Assembly (NCBI GenBank): GCA_963666285.1
Contig: OY762711.1
Direction: 5' to 3' (one strand)
DNA from: Sedimentisphaerales bacterium
Lineage (GTDB): Bacteria; Planctomycetota; Phycisphaerae; Sedimentisphaerales; SM23-30
Length of the DNA stretch: 64,000 nt
In this document: positions 31,872 through 42,611 of the stretch, piece by piece
How positions within the stretch are numbered: position 1 is the first letter of the stretch
Layout of the letters: each line of letters starts with the position of its first letter
Position numbers and translations under genes: made by a program
The notes under the pieces: model-generated
The model's input: only the letters and a program-made list of their open reading frames with translations
Told to the model about the DNA's origin: nothing
Databases searched by the model: none

Positions 31872-32564
31872 ATGGGCTCTAGACATAACATTCTTGTCGT
31901 TGAAGATGAACCGAAAATCCGGGATGGGTTAAAAGATTTCCTGGAATTTCATGATTTTTCAGTAACAGTCGCAACAGATGGCTTGGAAGCAGAGCGGTCA
32001 GTATCAAATAAGCTGTTCGACCTGATACTGCTGGACCTTATGCTGCCAAAAATAAGCGGCGAACAGTTATGCCTGCAATGGCGTCAACAAGGATTGAAAA
32101 CTCCGATCATTATGCTTACCGCTAAAGGACAGGAAAAGGAAAAGATTGCAGGCCTGGATATGGGAGCAGATGATTATGTAACCAAACCGTTCTCACTGGA
32201 AGAACTTTTGGCACGTATACACGCTGTTTTGCGGAGGATCGACCCTTCCCGCTCTGTTGGCACAGTATTTTCGTTCGGCCCGTTCAGTGTTGATACAGAT
32301 GAGTTAAAGCTAAAGCTCAACGGTAACACTAATAAACTAACACCCAGGCAGGCACAGATACTACAGCTTTTTGCTTCTATGCCCGGTAAAATCGTAAGTC
32401 GTGAAGAACTTTACAAAATAGCCTGGGGTGACTCACTCGAAGGTATTGAAACCCGCACCATTGATATGAATATTGCTCGCCTGCGAGACCTGCTAACTGA
32501 AGCGGGAAGTTCAAAGGAACTAATACAGACTATTCGTGGTGCAGGCTATAAATATGAGCGTTAG
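31872..32564 (+). CDS. OmpR/PhoB-family response regulator
   Basis: VVEDE, LDLMLP, GADDYVTKPF, winged helix TIRGAGY. Confidence 0.95.
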   Translation: MGSRHNILVVEDEPKIRDGLKDFLEFHDFSVTVATDGLEAERSVSNKLFDLILLDLMLPKISGEQLCLQWRQQGLKTPIIMLTAKGQEKEKIAGLDMGADDYVTKPFSLEELLARIHAVLRRIDPSRSVGTVFSFGPFSVDTDELKLKLNGNTNKLTPRQAQILQLFASMPGKIVSREELYKIAWGDSLEGIETRTIDMNIARLRDLLTEAGSSKELIQTIRGAGYKYER

Positions 32565-32578
32565 CTGTCTGATAGTTT

Positions 32579-32757
32579 ACTTTCGCAGTTTTTAAGTTGC
32601 AAAATACGCCTAAAAGGGCCTTCCTGCAACACTTTGAATTAGATATACTTTAGAGAATTAGCTCGGAAATACAATTAAATGAAAAGATTTTCATTCACAA
32701 GGCCCTGTTTCGGCCTTTGCGTGTAATGTTGAACAGTCAAAAGTGCGATACCGCACC
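32579..32757 (+). repeat. Dispersed repeat family B between the response regulator and kinase genes
   Basis: Conserved blocks match the reverse complement of 46268-46475. Confidence 0.85.
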
Positions 32758-32768
32758 GATATAATATA

Positions 32769-34802
32769 ATGATAAAAAGATTTACTATAATTTGTTCCAT
32801 TATTGGCCTGGCACTTCTGGTTCTCAGCATACTGGGAATGTCATCGCTTGGCATGCACGCCAAATCACTGCAGTCTGAACGACAGCAGGAATTCTTCTCG
32901 GTCGCCAAAAAAGTGCGTTTTGATGTTAAGAAAAAACTGGACGACTTTTTACTGACCGAGCAAACACGGCCTTATACTGACTATCAATATTACTATGTGC
33001 CAATGACAGCAAACCGAGCCAATGCTCTAGTCAGGAGTCCACTGGCTGACAAATTCTCAAACGGGCTGGCAAATGGATACTTCCAGCTAAACTCAAATAA
33101 CAATATTATCAATCCTTACGCCCAATCAATAAATCAGGCTGCTCCTGAGGTTAAAGATTATCTTACGAATCTATCGAAAAACCTGCTGCCCTCACTAGGT
33201 TACGGTTCAGGACTGCAGGTTTCACGTGTAGAACCAAATAATGAAAATTTAGACTTAAATAACTCACTGGTTGACAGTTATAATTATGCCAGACAAACAA
33301 GCAGGTCAGGATATCAAAATAGCACTAAACAGTCTGAATCAAAAAACGCCTCCAACCGCAGCAAACGATATGAAATAGGACTTGACAATGAAAAACAGGC
33401 TGTTCAGACGCAAAATCTCACCAGAGATAATTATGAGTCTAATATCAATATTAACAATGACCTGGTCCGCTCGCAAATGGCTCAACAGACAATACCGCAA
33501 AACGACAATAAAAGAAAAAATGATTTTGACGAAAACAACAGAACTGACCAAAGGAATCAGAACTCCCAAGAAGAATTTGGGCAATATAATGAGAATAATC
33601 AAAACATACAACAGAGAGCCGGCAATTCATCGCTGATGGGCATGGGAATGAATGCCCTTGGAAGTATGGACACATATCAAAGTGAAGTGATACAGGCTCG
33701 AATAGAACCATTTGTACCAATGACAATAGCAGCCGAAAATGGTACTAATGGCATTTTTTCCGGCCAGGTCTTTATGCTCAGACATGTGCAGATCGAAAAC
33801 AATCATTACCTGCAGGGTTTCAGGCTTGATGAAACAGAACTGCTCAAACAGGTAAAAGAATCTGCTGATAAATTCATGTTAAGGGGGATGGGCTTCAAGA
33901 TATCAAAACAGGAAATACCTGAATCTGCTTATACCGCTGTACTTGATTTTGGCTTCGGGGAACTCGCGTTGAATTTACTGGAACTGCAACCGGAATGGAT
34001 TCCAAACCGGGTATCACAGGTAAGAAACTGGTTTTTTGCCATATTAAGCATCGTCTGGCTGGCTGTAATTATCTCACTGACAATGTTCTGGAAAAATATG
34101 TATGAACAAGTACAGCTATCCCATAAGAAAGATGATTTCATATCTGCTGTATCGCATGAACTCCGCACTCCTCTTACCAGTATCCGCATGTACACTGAAA
34201 TGCTCGAAAAAAACTGGGTAAAGACTGATGATAAACGTCGAGAATATTATTCTAATATGCGTCAGGAAAGCGAACGACTTACCAGGCTGGTAGAAAACGT
34301 TCTGGATTTCTCTCGTATCCAGCGTGGCAAAAAACGGTATGATCTAACTATGGGCAATATAAATGAATGCATTAACGATACCGTTGAGATGATGAAACCT
34401 TACGCAGAGCGAGCCGGTTTTAATATAATCACAGAATACTGCAATTTGCGTGAATTTTCTTTTGATAAGGATGCGGTAGTTCAGATTGTAATAAACCTGC
34501 TTGACAATGCATTCAAGTATGCAAAGGACGCTGAAAATAAAACTATAATAGTACGAACAATAGAAGATAAAAACCTTGCCATACTTGAAGTAGAAGATCG
34601 CGGCCCAGGTGTAGCACGAAGTGAACAGAAAAAGATATTTGAAGAATTCTATCGCTGCGGTGAAGAATCGACTCGTCAGACAACCGGAACCGGTCTGGGA
34701 TTGGCATTAGTTAAACGATTTGCTGAAGCTCATAACGGCTATGCAGAAATCACCAACATAAAACCTAACGGAGCGTTATTTAGAGTAGGCCTGGCAAAAT
34801 AA
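32769..34802 (+). CDS. Sensor histidine kinase with large Asn/Gln-rich extracytoplasmic region
   Basis: Two TMs, VSHELRTPL, NLLDNAFKY, DRGPG, GTGLGL. Confidence 0.93.
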   Translation: MIKRFTIICSIIGLALLVLSILGMSSLGMHAKSLQSERQQEFFSVAKKVRFDVKKKLDDFLLTEQTRPYTDYQYYYVPMTANRANALVRSPLADKFSNGLANGYFQLNSNNNIINPYAQSINQAAPEVKDYLTNLSKNLLPSLGYGSGLQVSRVEPNNENLDLNNSLVDSYNYARQTSRSGYQNSTKQSESKNASNRSKRYEIGLDNEKQAVQTQNLTRDNYESNININNDLVRSQMAQQTIPQNDNKRKNDFDENNRTDQRNQNSQEEFGQYNENNQNIQQRAGNSSLMGMGMNALGSMDTYQSEVIQARIEPFVPMTIAAENGTNGIFSGQVFMLRHVQIENNHYLQGFRLDETELLKQVKESADKFMLRGMGFKISKQEIPESAYTAVLDFGFGELALNLLELQPEWIPNRVSQVRNWFFAILSIVWLAVIISLTMFWKNMYEQVQLSHKKDDFISAVSHELRTPLTSIRMYTEMLEKNWVKTDDKRREYYSNMRQESERLTRLVENVLDFSRIQRGKKRYDLTMGNINECINDTVEMMKPYAERAGFNIITEYCNLREFSFDKDAVVQIVINLLDNAFKYAKDAENKTIIVRTIEDKNLAILEVEDRGPGVARSEQKKIFEEFYRCGEESTRQTTGTGLGLALVKRFAEAHNGYAEITNIKPNGALFRVGLAK

Positions 34803-34920
34803 TTATATTTTCTATATTAATGCAAATCACTTAACAACAAGGCTTAACATATGTTATGATTACTTCTATAACATGATAATTCATCAATAATTACTTTAGC
34901 TCACCATAGTCACTACTAAA

Positions 34921-34971
34921 GTCAAGTTCCGTATTAGGAACTTGACATAAAATTGTATCAGCGAGTATAAT
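34921..34971 (+). promoter_or_regulatory. Sigma-70-type promoter with an overlapping palindrome
   Basis: TTGACA (34942) - 18 nt - TATAAT (34966); IR gtcaagttcc / ggaacttgac covers the -35. Confidence 0.7.
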
Positions 34972-35052
34972 ATATCCAAATACAGAACACAGGTTTCAAA
35001 TACGAACTAACAGTTGTGTTCTTAATTCAATATAGTGACAGGAGAGTATTAT

Positions 35053-37455
35053 ATGAAATCGCTAATTCAAGTTCTTATGCTAATTGCGTTTACCATAACG
35101 TCAACAATGGCAGCAAATGTAATTAAATTTAATGACAATGGCGGATGGTGCTGGTATCAGGACGAAAGAGTCATAGTGCAAGATGGTAAAGTATTTCTTT
35201 CCTCTGTAGCAAGCGAACCGGGCAAAGATGGTTCCAGCCGCAAAGGCGATATCCAGATAAACAGCTATGACATCGTCAAGGGAGGCCCAGTCGAGAATTT
35301 TATTCTTCATAAAAATCTTCAGTCCGATGACCATAACGTCCCGGCCCTGCTTACCCTGCCTGATGGCAAAATTCTGGCAATGTACAGCAAGCACGGCGGC
35401 GACAAAAATGCTCGATATAGAATAACTTCTAAACCCGGCGATATAACAAGCTGGTCTGAAGAACAAATTGTTTCTCGCAGCTATGGAACTAAACATGGAG
35501 TTACATATTCCAACCTTTTCAGGTTAAGTAATGAAAATGGCCGTATTTACGATTTCTATCGCGGCGAAAACTATAACCCAAACTTTTTGATTTCTGACGA
35601 TAATGGTCAAACATGGGAATATGGCGGACACTTGATTAAGAAAGACGGCCAGCGTCCATATGTGAAATACGCGTCAAATAACAAAGATAAAATTCACTTT
35701 GTCACAACCGAAGGCCATCCAAGAAATTACGACAACAGTATCTACCACGGATACATATGCAAAGGAAAGATATATGATTCATTCGGCAAAGAAGTCGGCG
35801 ATTTGTCCAAGGGTCCGGTAGCCCCGGAAGAACTAACAAAGGTATATGCCGGGGATAAAAATAATGTAGCATGGACGATCGATCTGCATCTGGATAAAAA
35901 CGGCAACCCTTACACTGCATTCAGCGTACAAAAAGACAGCGCCGGAATGCCAGTGGGCCAGGGAGGAGAAGACCACCGGTATTATTTTGCAAAACTAACC
36001 GGTAAAAAATGGCAGGTCAATGAAATAGCTTATGCCGGTTCAAAACTCTACTCTCGAGAAGATGACTACACCGGCCTCGTTGCCCTGGACCCTCAAAACC
36101 CAGATCGTATGATCATATCAACTAATGCCGACCCGGTATCAGGAAAAGCCCTGATAAGTAATGCTGACGGCGACCGTCATTATGAGCTTTTTGAAGGTAA
36201 ATCAACAGATAATGGTAAGAGCTGGAAATGGCAGGCTTTGACCAAAAACTCATTATTTGATAACCTTAGGCCGATTATCCCAATCTGGGACAGCTCAGAT
36301 ACTTTTTTAATCTGGCTTCGGGGTAAACTGGACAGTTTTACATGGTACAACCTTGAAATCGTAGGCGTACTAAACCCATCGGTCAATGATCCCGTTCTTT
36401 GTCCAGAAGTTGAACTGAAAAAATATTCAAATGAAATAGAAAAGCCAGCGATCATGGAAGTTATGACAGCTGTTGCTGACTGGCAAATAGCTAATCCAAG
36501 CGGTCACAGACTGACAGATTGGACCCAAGGTGCTTATTTTGCAGGACTTACCGAATTTGCCAAAATGTATAAAAATGATAAATATTTTGACGAACTAAAA
36601 AGCCTGGGTGACAAGACAAACTGGAAACTGGGCAGAAGAAAATACCATGCAGATGATCAGGCAGTAGGTCAAATGTATGTTGACATGTATCTGAAATATA
36701 AAGATCCAGAAATGCTGAAGGATACTCAGGATGTTTTTGATTATGTAATCAAGAACCGCTCATACATGCCGCTGGATCTTCGCAGACCAATAAAGGGTAA
36801 AGACCGTTACTGGTGGTGTGATTCACTGTTTATGGGTCCTCCAGCCCTGGCAAAGCTCACAACAGCAACCGGCGACAGCAAATATATGGACTTTATGATA
36901 GAAGAATGGAAATACAGCTACTGGTATCTGTATGATCAGGAAGAACATTTGTTTTTCCGTGACTGCAACTACTTTGACAAACGTGAAGCCAACGGCAAAA
37001 AAGTATTCTGGTCACGCGGTAACGGTTGGGTAATGGGCGGCCTGGTAAGAGTACTTGACGAGATGCCAAAGGATCATCCGGACCGACCATTCTTCGAAAA
37101 GCTATACAAGGAAATGGCTGAAAAGATCGCTAAAATTCTACCAGAAGACGGGCTGTGGCATTCGAGCCTGATGGACCCGGTAAGTTTCCCATCTAAAGAA
37201 GCAAGCGGCAGTGGATTCTACACTTATGCCCTGGCATGGGGAATCAACCGCGGCTACCTGGATAAGGAACAATATCTACCGGTAGCTACCAAGGCATGGA
37301 AGAACCTGGTAAGCTGTGTGCATCCCAACGGTAAACTAGGTTACGTACAGCCAATCGGTGCCGACCCACGAAAGGTACAATCACATCAGACAGAGATTTA
37401 CGGTGTGGGTTCATTTCTACTGGCCGGGAGTGAAATGTACAAACTGGCAAAATAA
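35053..37455 (+). CDS. Secreted fusion of BNR-repeat beta-propeller and GH88/GH105 unsaturated glycuronyl hydrolase
   Basis: GGWCWYQD, DDHN, SDDNGQTW and STDNGKSW Asp-boxes; HADD, WWCDSLFM, FWSRGNGW, YGVGSFLLA. Confidence 0.88.
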   Translation: MKSLIQVLMLIAFTITSTMAANVIKFNDNGGWCWYQDERVIVQDGKVFLSSVASEPGKDGSSRKGDIQINSYDIVKGGPVENFILHKNLQSDDHNVPALLTLPDGKILAMYSKHGGDKNARYRITSKPGDITSWSEEQIVSRSYGTKHGVTYSNLFRLSNENGRIYDFYRGENYNPNFLISDDNGQTWEYGGHLIKKDGQRPYVKYASNNKDKIHFVTTEGHPRNYDNSIYHGYICKGKIYDSFGKEVGDLSKGPVAPEELTKVYAGDKNNVAWTIDLHLDKNGNPYTAFSVQKDSAGMPVGQGGEDHRYYFAKLTGKKWQVNEIAYAGSKLYSREDDYTGLVALDPQNPDRMIISTNADPVSGKALISNADGDRHYELFEGKSTDNGKSWKWQALTKNSLFDNLRPIIPIWDSSDTFLIWLRGKLDSFTWYNLEIVGVLNPSVNDPVLCPEVELKKYSNEIEKPAIMEVMTAVADWQIANPSGHRLTDWTQGAYFAGLTEFAKMYKNDKYFDELKSLGDKTNWKLGRRKYHADDQAVGQMYVDMYLKYKDPEMLKDTQDVFDYVIKNRSYMPLDLRRPIKGKDRYWWCDSLFMGPPALAKLTTATGDSKYMDFMIEEWKYSYWYLYDQEEHLFFRDCNYFDKREANGKKVFWSRGNGWVMGGLVRVLDEMPKDHPDRPFFEKLYKEMAEKIAKILPEDGLWHSSLMDPVSFPSKEASGSGFYTYALAWGINRGYLDKEQYLPVATKAWKNLVSCVHPNGKLGYVQPIGADPRKVQSHQTEIYGVGSFLLAGSEMYKLAK

Positions 37456-37467
37456 TAGAGTTTACCT

Positions 37468-37506
37468 CTCAAGCTGACAGGTGGTAAGTTTGAAAGGTAT
37501 TAGTTA
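37468..37506. repeat. Degenerate, inverted copy of the CTCAAACTGACC palindrome with heptamer flank
   Basis: Reverse complement taactaatacctttcaaacttaccacctgtcagcttgag resembles 542-580. Confidence 0.7.
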
Positions 37507-37550
37507 GGCAGTGCAAAACCGGTCACTTTGAGTTCAACAATCTGACAAAA

Positions 37551-37588
37551 TGAAAAAGGAATCCGACTTAACCGGATTCCTTTTTTCA
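37551..37588. terminator. Bidirectional rho-independent terminator
   Basis: aaaaaggaatccg / cggattcctttttt. Confidence 0.85.
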
Positions 37589-37628
37589 TAAATATCAATC
37601 ACGCTGTTATCCCTAGTATTTTTCACAA

Positions 37629-38725
37629 CCCGGATTTTTTTCTGAAGTGCAACAAATGTTTTATTTGTAAAACACTTCAGTCGGTGTCCGATATCCCAGA
37701 CACTTTCTGGGACGATTATTGAGTTTATTGACTACTTTGTCAATTTCTTTTTGGCTGACAAGGTTAAAATCTGTCCCTTTAGGGAAGTATTGCCTTAACA
37801 GTCCGTTAGTATTTTCATTTGTACCCCTTTCGCAAGAACTATATGGGTGGGCAAAATACACCCTGGTCTTAAGTTCTTTCTCCAGAGTCTTAAACTCAGC
37901 AAATTCTTTACCATTATCAACTGTCATTGTTTTGATCATTTCTAATGGTATTTCACGAAGCTTACTTATTGAGGCTTTGTTGTAATCAGCTGCTGACTTA
38001 CTGTCAAGTTTGACAGCTACCAGATACCTGCTTTTTCTTTCAACATGGGTAGCAATATAGCTCTTATGGTTTCTGCCAACCATAGAATCTGACTCCCAAT
38101 GCCCAAGGGTACTTCGCTTATCTACATAGTCTGGGCGATCATCAATCATGCGTTTATCCGGTATCTGACCACGTTTATCGCTACTACCATACTTTTTACG
38201 CTTCTTCTTCAAGCCACGCCTTAACTTCATGTATAGCACACCGCCATCAGATTTGTCATTACGAACATAGCGATAAATTGTGCCGGCACAAATACTCATA
38301 TTACTACCATCTGTCAATAGCCTGCCGCTGATCTGCTCAGGTGACCACTCCTGGTTAAGTTTATCAAGAACATGATCTCGAAGTTGCTCATCCTGAAGTT
38401 TATATGGTTGTTTTGAGTTCTCACGCCTCTTCAAATAGTATTTCTGGGCGAGATGAGCCTTATATTCTCCTGTCGAAGAAACATTACGGCAAAGCTCTCT
38501 GTAGATAGTTGACCGGGATCTACCTAGTTTTTCAGCAATTTCTTCCATTGTTTTAGAATTTTCTCGCATTTTTAGTATCACTTCTCGCTCGTCAATTTTA
38601 AGATGTTTGTAGCCCATTACACCTCCGTCCTCTGGCTAGAGTCTTTGTTCGATATAAACTCTATCGGACGTTAAGTGTAGTGGGTTTTGTTACTTACATT
38701 TGTTGCACTTCAGAAAAAATCCGGG
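37629..38725 (-). mobile_element. IS30-family insertion sequence
   Basis: ~30-bp TIRs cccggattttttctgaagtgcaacaaatgt (one-base indel between copies); CAA flanks both ends. Confidence 0.93.
37661..38617 (-). CDS. IS30 transposase
   Basis: LGRSRSTIYREL, WSPEQI, GHWESD, TVDNGKEF, ERGTNENTNGLLR, NNRPRKCLG. Confidence 0.95.
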   Translation of the reverse strand: MGYKHLKIDEREVILKMRENSKTMEEIAEKLGRSRSTIYRELCRNVSSTGEYKAHLAQKYYLKRRENSKQPYKLQDEQLRDHVLDKLNQEWSPEQISGRLLTDGSNMSICAGTIYRYVRNDKSDGGVLYMKLRRGLKKKRKKYGSSDKRGQIPDKRMIDDRPDYVDKRSTLGHWESDSMVGRNHKSYIATHVERKSRYLVAVKLDSKSAADYNKASISKLREIPLEMIKTMTVDNGKEFAEFKTLEKELKTRVYFAHPYSSCERGTNENTNGLLRQYFPKGTDFNLVSQKEIDKVVNKLNNRPRKCLGYRTPTEVFYK

Positions 38726-38729
38726 CAAC

Positions 38730-38758
38730 AAAAAAGGGAATGCTCGAAAGCATTCCCT
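38730..38758 (-). terminator. Rho-independent terminator of the secreted-protein gene
   Basis: agggaatgct / agcattccct stem with an A-run (U tail on the minus strand). Confidence 0.8.
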
Positions 38759-38800
38759 GAATAATCACAATTTTATAATAACCTATTATAAAATATAAGC

Positions 38801-41512
38801 TTATTCTTCGGTTTCTTCCTGCCATAACCAAGCACGAGCAAACATACCAAAGTCAGCAAGATCAACAGATCCGTCAAGGTTAAAATCTGCACGAGCCGGA
38901 TTAAAGGCAACGCTTAACTGAATCAGCTTACCACCAGCATATCCATGTGATGCAGCATCAACAACATTCAATTCAAAATCCTGTTCCATCTCACTTACAA
39001 GAGTTACAGAATCCAACCCACTAATATCATTATTGGCAATCCAGATAATATCAAATGAGTCACCTTCCTGCCCCTGATAACCATCAAGGGTATTAACAAC
39101 AATTGTCAGGTTATCAAGCTTAGCTCCACCATTATATTCACTATCGGCATCGGCACCAACAGTGATTAGAGAAGTACCGTTCTGGTCAAGATTTAAGCTA
39201 ATCTTAGCAGAATCATCTTCAACTGAAAGTTCTTGAATATCAATTGATTCAGCATCAGAACCTGAAATAATGAAATCAGCATTCACATAAAGTTTCAGAG
39301 AACCAACATTTGTCAAGCTACCGCCAGAAATTCCATATTCTCCGCCAGCACCAATACTGCTAGAGCTACCAATTTTCAACTCAAGCCCGTTTAGATCCGT
39401 AACACCACCAGTCTGTTCAACAGAGCCATAACCACTATCAGCATAACCACATAGCAGCCCAGAACCTGTACCTTCAGTTTTTGCAGCATTGAAAACACCA
39501 CCATTTATTGCCAGACGGCCAATAGCAAGGTCACCAACACAAACAGGAGTATCAGTAAAATTAAGTTCTCCATCATTCAATATGACTTCTGCGGTTCCAG
39601 AAGAATCATGACCGACAGAAACCTTTTCAAAACCGGTAAAGCTGGCTGAACCACTATCAACTACAAAATCAGAATCACGCATAATGTAGATACGACGTCC
39701 GGCATAACTATTATTAGTAAATACTGCGTCTCCACCATTGATATAAAACAAGTCGCTTTCACTACTTGCATCTCTACCCATCAACATAGACCAGAAATCG
39801 GCAGTTCCTGTAGTAGTTTCATCAACAACATAATCAACTTTCAAAGATCCACCAGTAAGATTATAAGTACCTGATATACCTGAAGTATCAGTAAACAGGA
39901 ACCCACGGCTAATCTGTGCATAATACTCTCCACCAGTCTGGTTAATTGTCGAAGATGTATTTTTAGAAAGAATAGCATACATAGTAGGTCCGACCAAAAG
40001 TTTACTATTATCTTCAATAGTTGTTACGGTAGAAGCACCTGAACCGCCACCAAAACGGCTACCTTCCGGACATATGAGTTGAGCATTATCCTGCAGGGTA
40101 ATATAGCTACTGTGGTAGAAATTACCAGAAAGATCAATATCTACTATAGCATCACCACCAATTAATACATCATCACTTGCGGTAGGTGCTATTTGCGCAT
40201 CCCAGTTACCTGCTTCTGACCATAAAGTAGTACCTGCATCACCTGTCCATGTCCATAAAGGCCATGCATCTATTACTGAATACTCTGAAGACTGAGAGGA
40301 ACCATAATTATTAGTGGCAATACAACTGTAAGAACCAAATGTTTCATCTGATATGACAACAGATAGAATAGATTCAGTATCAGTAAAGGAAACAGAATAA
40401 TTAGGATTCGTATCCGGATCTATTGCTACATCATTCAAATACCAGGTGACACTATTTACAGATGCCATTGTACTCTCATAAGTTGCTGTAACATCTACAG
40501 TTAATCCTTCTCTATAATGTTCACCCTCTGTAATATCAATCATCCTTGGTACATAATAAACAGTTGAAAAACTCCAAACCGGGCCAAAAATATTATTGGG
40601 ATCGCCAACGGGATATAAAACACCGGAATTACTGTAAACCGCTTCTTCCACCTGCCAATAATAAGTAGTATTATACTCAGTCATACCAATATTATAAATA
40701 CTACTTGCAGCAGGTTCAGCACTATTCAAACAAACCATATTATCTAGCGATGATCCCATATACACATAGAAGTCTTCTGATATAACACCATTTGGATCAT
40801 TTCCAGGCATCCAGGACAAAACTGTTTCCTGGGCTGTTAAACCTGCAACACCATTTTCCGGTGTAGGATTATAAGGCTTTAATGTAGGAATAACCAGCAA
40901 ACCATCATACCAGGTACGATCGCCTGTGACACCATTTAAAGTAAACTCGCCATCGTTAACAAAAACTTTAACACTACCAGAACTGTCAGTAACAACAGTG
41001 CCAACATATACAGCATACATACAAGCTCTATCAACATAGTCCTGCTCTTCTCTAAAAGGATAACTCCCAGTTTCCTCATTATAATATAAACCCAGATTAT
41101 ATTGCATAACTGAGCTATCATCAGCAAGAGTATTGGTTTCAAGAACATAGGAGCCAGACTCAAAACCAACCCTTACACCCCAGGTTGAACCTACTTTTCC
41201 TCCAGAAACAACATATACATCATAAGAAATTAAAGGATTTAACCCGGCAAGAGTTTCTTCAAACTCCTGATTATCTGTCCAAGTTGCCTTACTGGAATCT
41301 GCAAGGTTTCCCTTTGTCCCCCAATCCTTAGTCCTAAAACCAAGTTCACCATCAGAACCTTCATGATCAAAATAAATATAATCTGCAGGACCAATTAATT
41401 CATCCACTGCACTGTGTAAATCACCCAGAGTAGCTCCAATTGCATTAACCGAAACTACTGATAATAATAACATTAACGACACATAAATACTAAACAAGTA
41501 ATTCTTTTTCAT
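38801..41512 (-). CDS. Large secreted protein (Ig-like domain, autotransporter-passenger-like repeats, C-terminal dockerin-like motif)
   Basis: Signal peptide; YYWQVEE..GPVWSF; GSYSCIATN; WTGDAG..WSEAGNW; QTGG repeats; ADFNLDGSVDLADFGMFARAWL. Confidence 0.8.
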   Translation of the reverse strand: MKKNYLFSIYVSLMLLLSVVSVNAIGATLGDLHSAVDELIGPADYIYFDHEGSDGELGFRTKDWGTKGNLADSSKATWTDNQEFEETLAGLNPLISYDVYVVSGGKVGSTWGVRVGFESGSYVLETNTLADDSSVMQYNLGLYYNEETGSYPFREEQDYVDRACMYAVYVGTVVTDSSGSVKVFVNDGEFTLNGVTGDRTWYDGLLVIPTLKPYNPTPENGVAGLTAQETVLSWMPGNDPNGVISEDFYVYMGSSLDNMVCLNSAEPAASSIYNIGMTEYNTTYYWQVEEAVYSNSGVLYPVGDPNNIFGPVWSFSTVYYVPRMIDITEGEHYREGLTVDVTATYESTMASVNSVTWYLNDVAIDPDTNPNYSVSFTDTESILSVVISDETFGSYSCIATNNYGSSQSSEYSVIDAWPLWTWTGDAGTTLWSEAGNWDAQIAPTASDDVLIGGDAIVDIDLSGNFYHSSYITLQDNAQLICPEGSRFGGGSGASTVTTIEDNSKLLVGPTMYAILSKNTSSTINQTGGEYYAQISRGFLFTDTSGISGTYNLTGGSLKVDYVVDETTTGTADFWSMLMGRDASSESDLFYINGGDAVFTNNSYAGRRIYIMRDSDFVVDSGSASFTGFEKVSVGHDSSGTAEVILNDGELNFTDTPVCVGDLAIGRLAINGGVFNAAKTEGTGSGLLCGYADSGYGSVEQTGGVTDLNGLELKIGSSSSIGAGGEYGISGGSLTNVGSLKLYVNADFIISGSDAESIDIQELSVEDDSAKISLNLDQNGTSLITVGADADSEYNGGAKLDNLTIVVNTLDGYQGQEGDSFDIIWIANNDISGLDSVTLVSEMEQDFELNVVDAASHGYAGGKLIQLSVAFNPARADFNLDGSVDLADFGMFARAWLWQEETEE

Positions 41513-42611
41513 TCTATCTATACTCCTCTATGAAAAAAATTATAACTTTACCATTATTCAACAGAATCTAATTCAAATTAACAATACACAAATGTCTATC
41601 AAATAAGGTAAATTGACATATAGGCTTTCCTGCCTACTTTAGTCAGTCATTTTGACTACCATTTAATCAGGTAGAAATATGACATCCATTAAATGGAGCA
41701 ACACACTCCACAATTCAAATCAGAACTTATTCTATTATTACTGACTGATTTAAATAGATGTAACTTATTCTACTAACTGTAGACTTAACCTAAATAATAT
41801 GTCTTAATTCAAAATATACATATCACCCCTATATAAGTACATAATACTTACATACAGGATCAAAATAAGGCGGGTGTCTTTTTGCCTACCTGCGAAAAAC
41901 AATTATCGCAACAAAAAGAACTATTGGGAGGGAAGGTATAAGTTCTACTCTCTACTATTAAACTAAACCTTTGTTCTAATGGCTCGGAAATATTTTTCCG
42001 ATTTATTCCGCACACAAAAGTGATACAGAAATAACATCTTTTCCAATCTCTTACATTTCTACTTTCATATAAAACAAATCAATACATCAAATTTTTATTT
42101 CATCTACTCTCCTCCAAGTTTAAGGTGTCAAAATTAAATTTATTTACTTATACAATTGCACATAAATATCAAACTATCACAGCAACCAAGAAAAGGCAAA
42201 AATGATTAAAACCTTAACTAAGCATATGTTACAGTCATAATTTATGTTTAGTCTGCATATTTGCCATGCCTTCCAGAGTACGGCCTGCACAACCAGATGC
42301 ACAGTAGAGTTAAAAAATATTTTCTTATCTCTACTTCTTATCTACCTTAAAAACCAAAAAGTGTACCCCAAAAATAATATAAAAGTATAATTCTTACAAT
42401 AAGTTAGGTAAAATATCCTGCAAATTCAGGTGGACTAGAAGTAATATTAAAAATTTAATAAAATTGTGTTATTATAATGCTAATTAATATTAACAATCTC
42501 ATTTATCGGCAAGAACTGGTGATAAATATGCGCAAGGTGGTCTTCAATTTGCCATAAATTACTGATATGATGGGACTTTCATATTATAACCATAACAATA
42601 GGAGTTAAAAC

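Noticed and set aside
41513..42611. Possible riboswitch in the long intergenic region
   Set aside because: Only isolated small hairpins; no recognisable aptamer consensus
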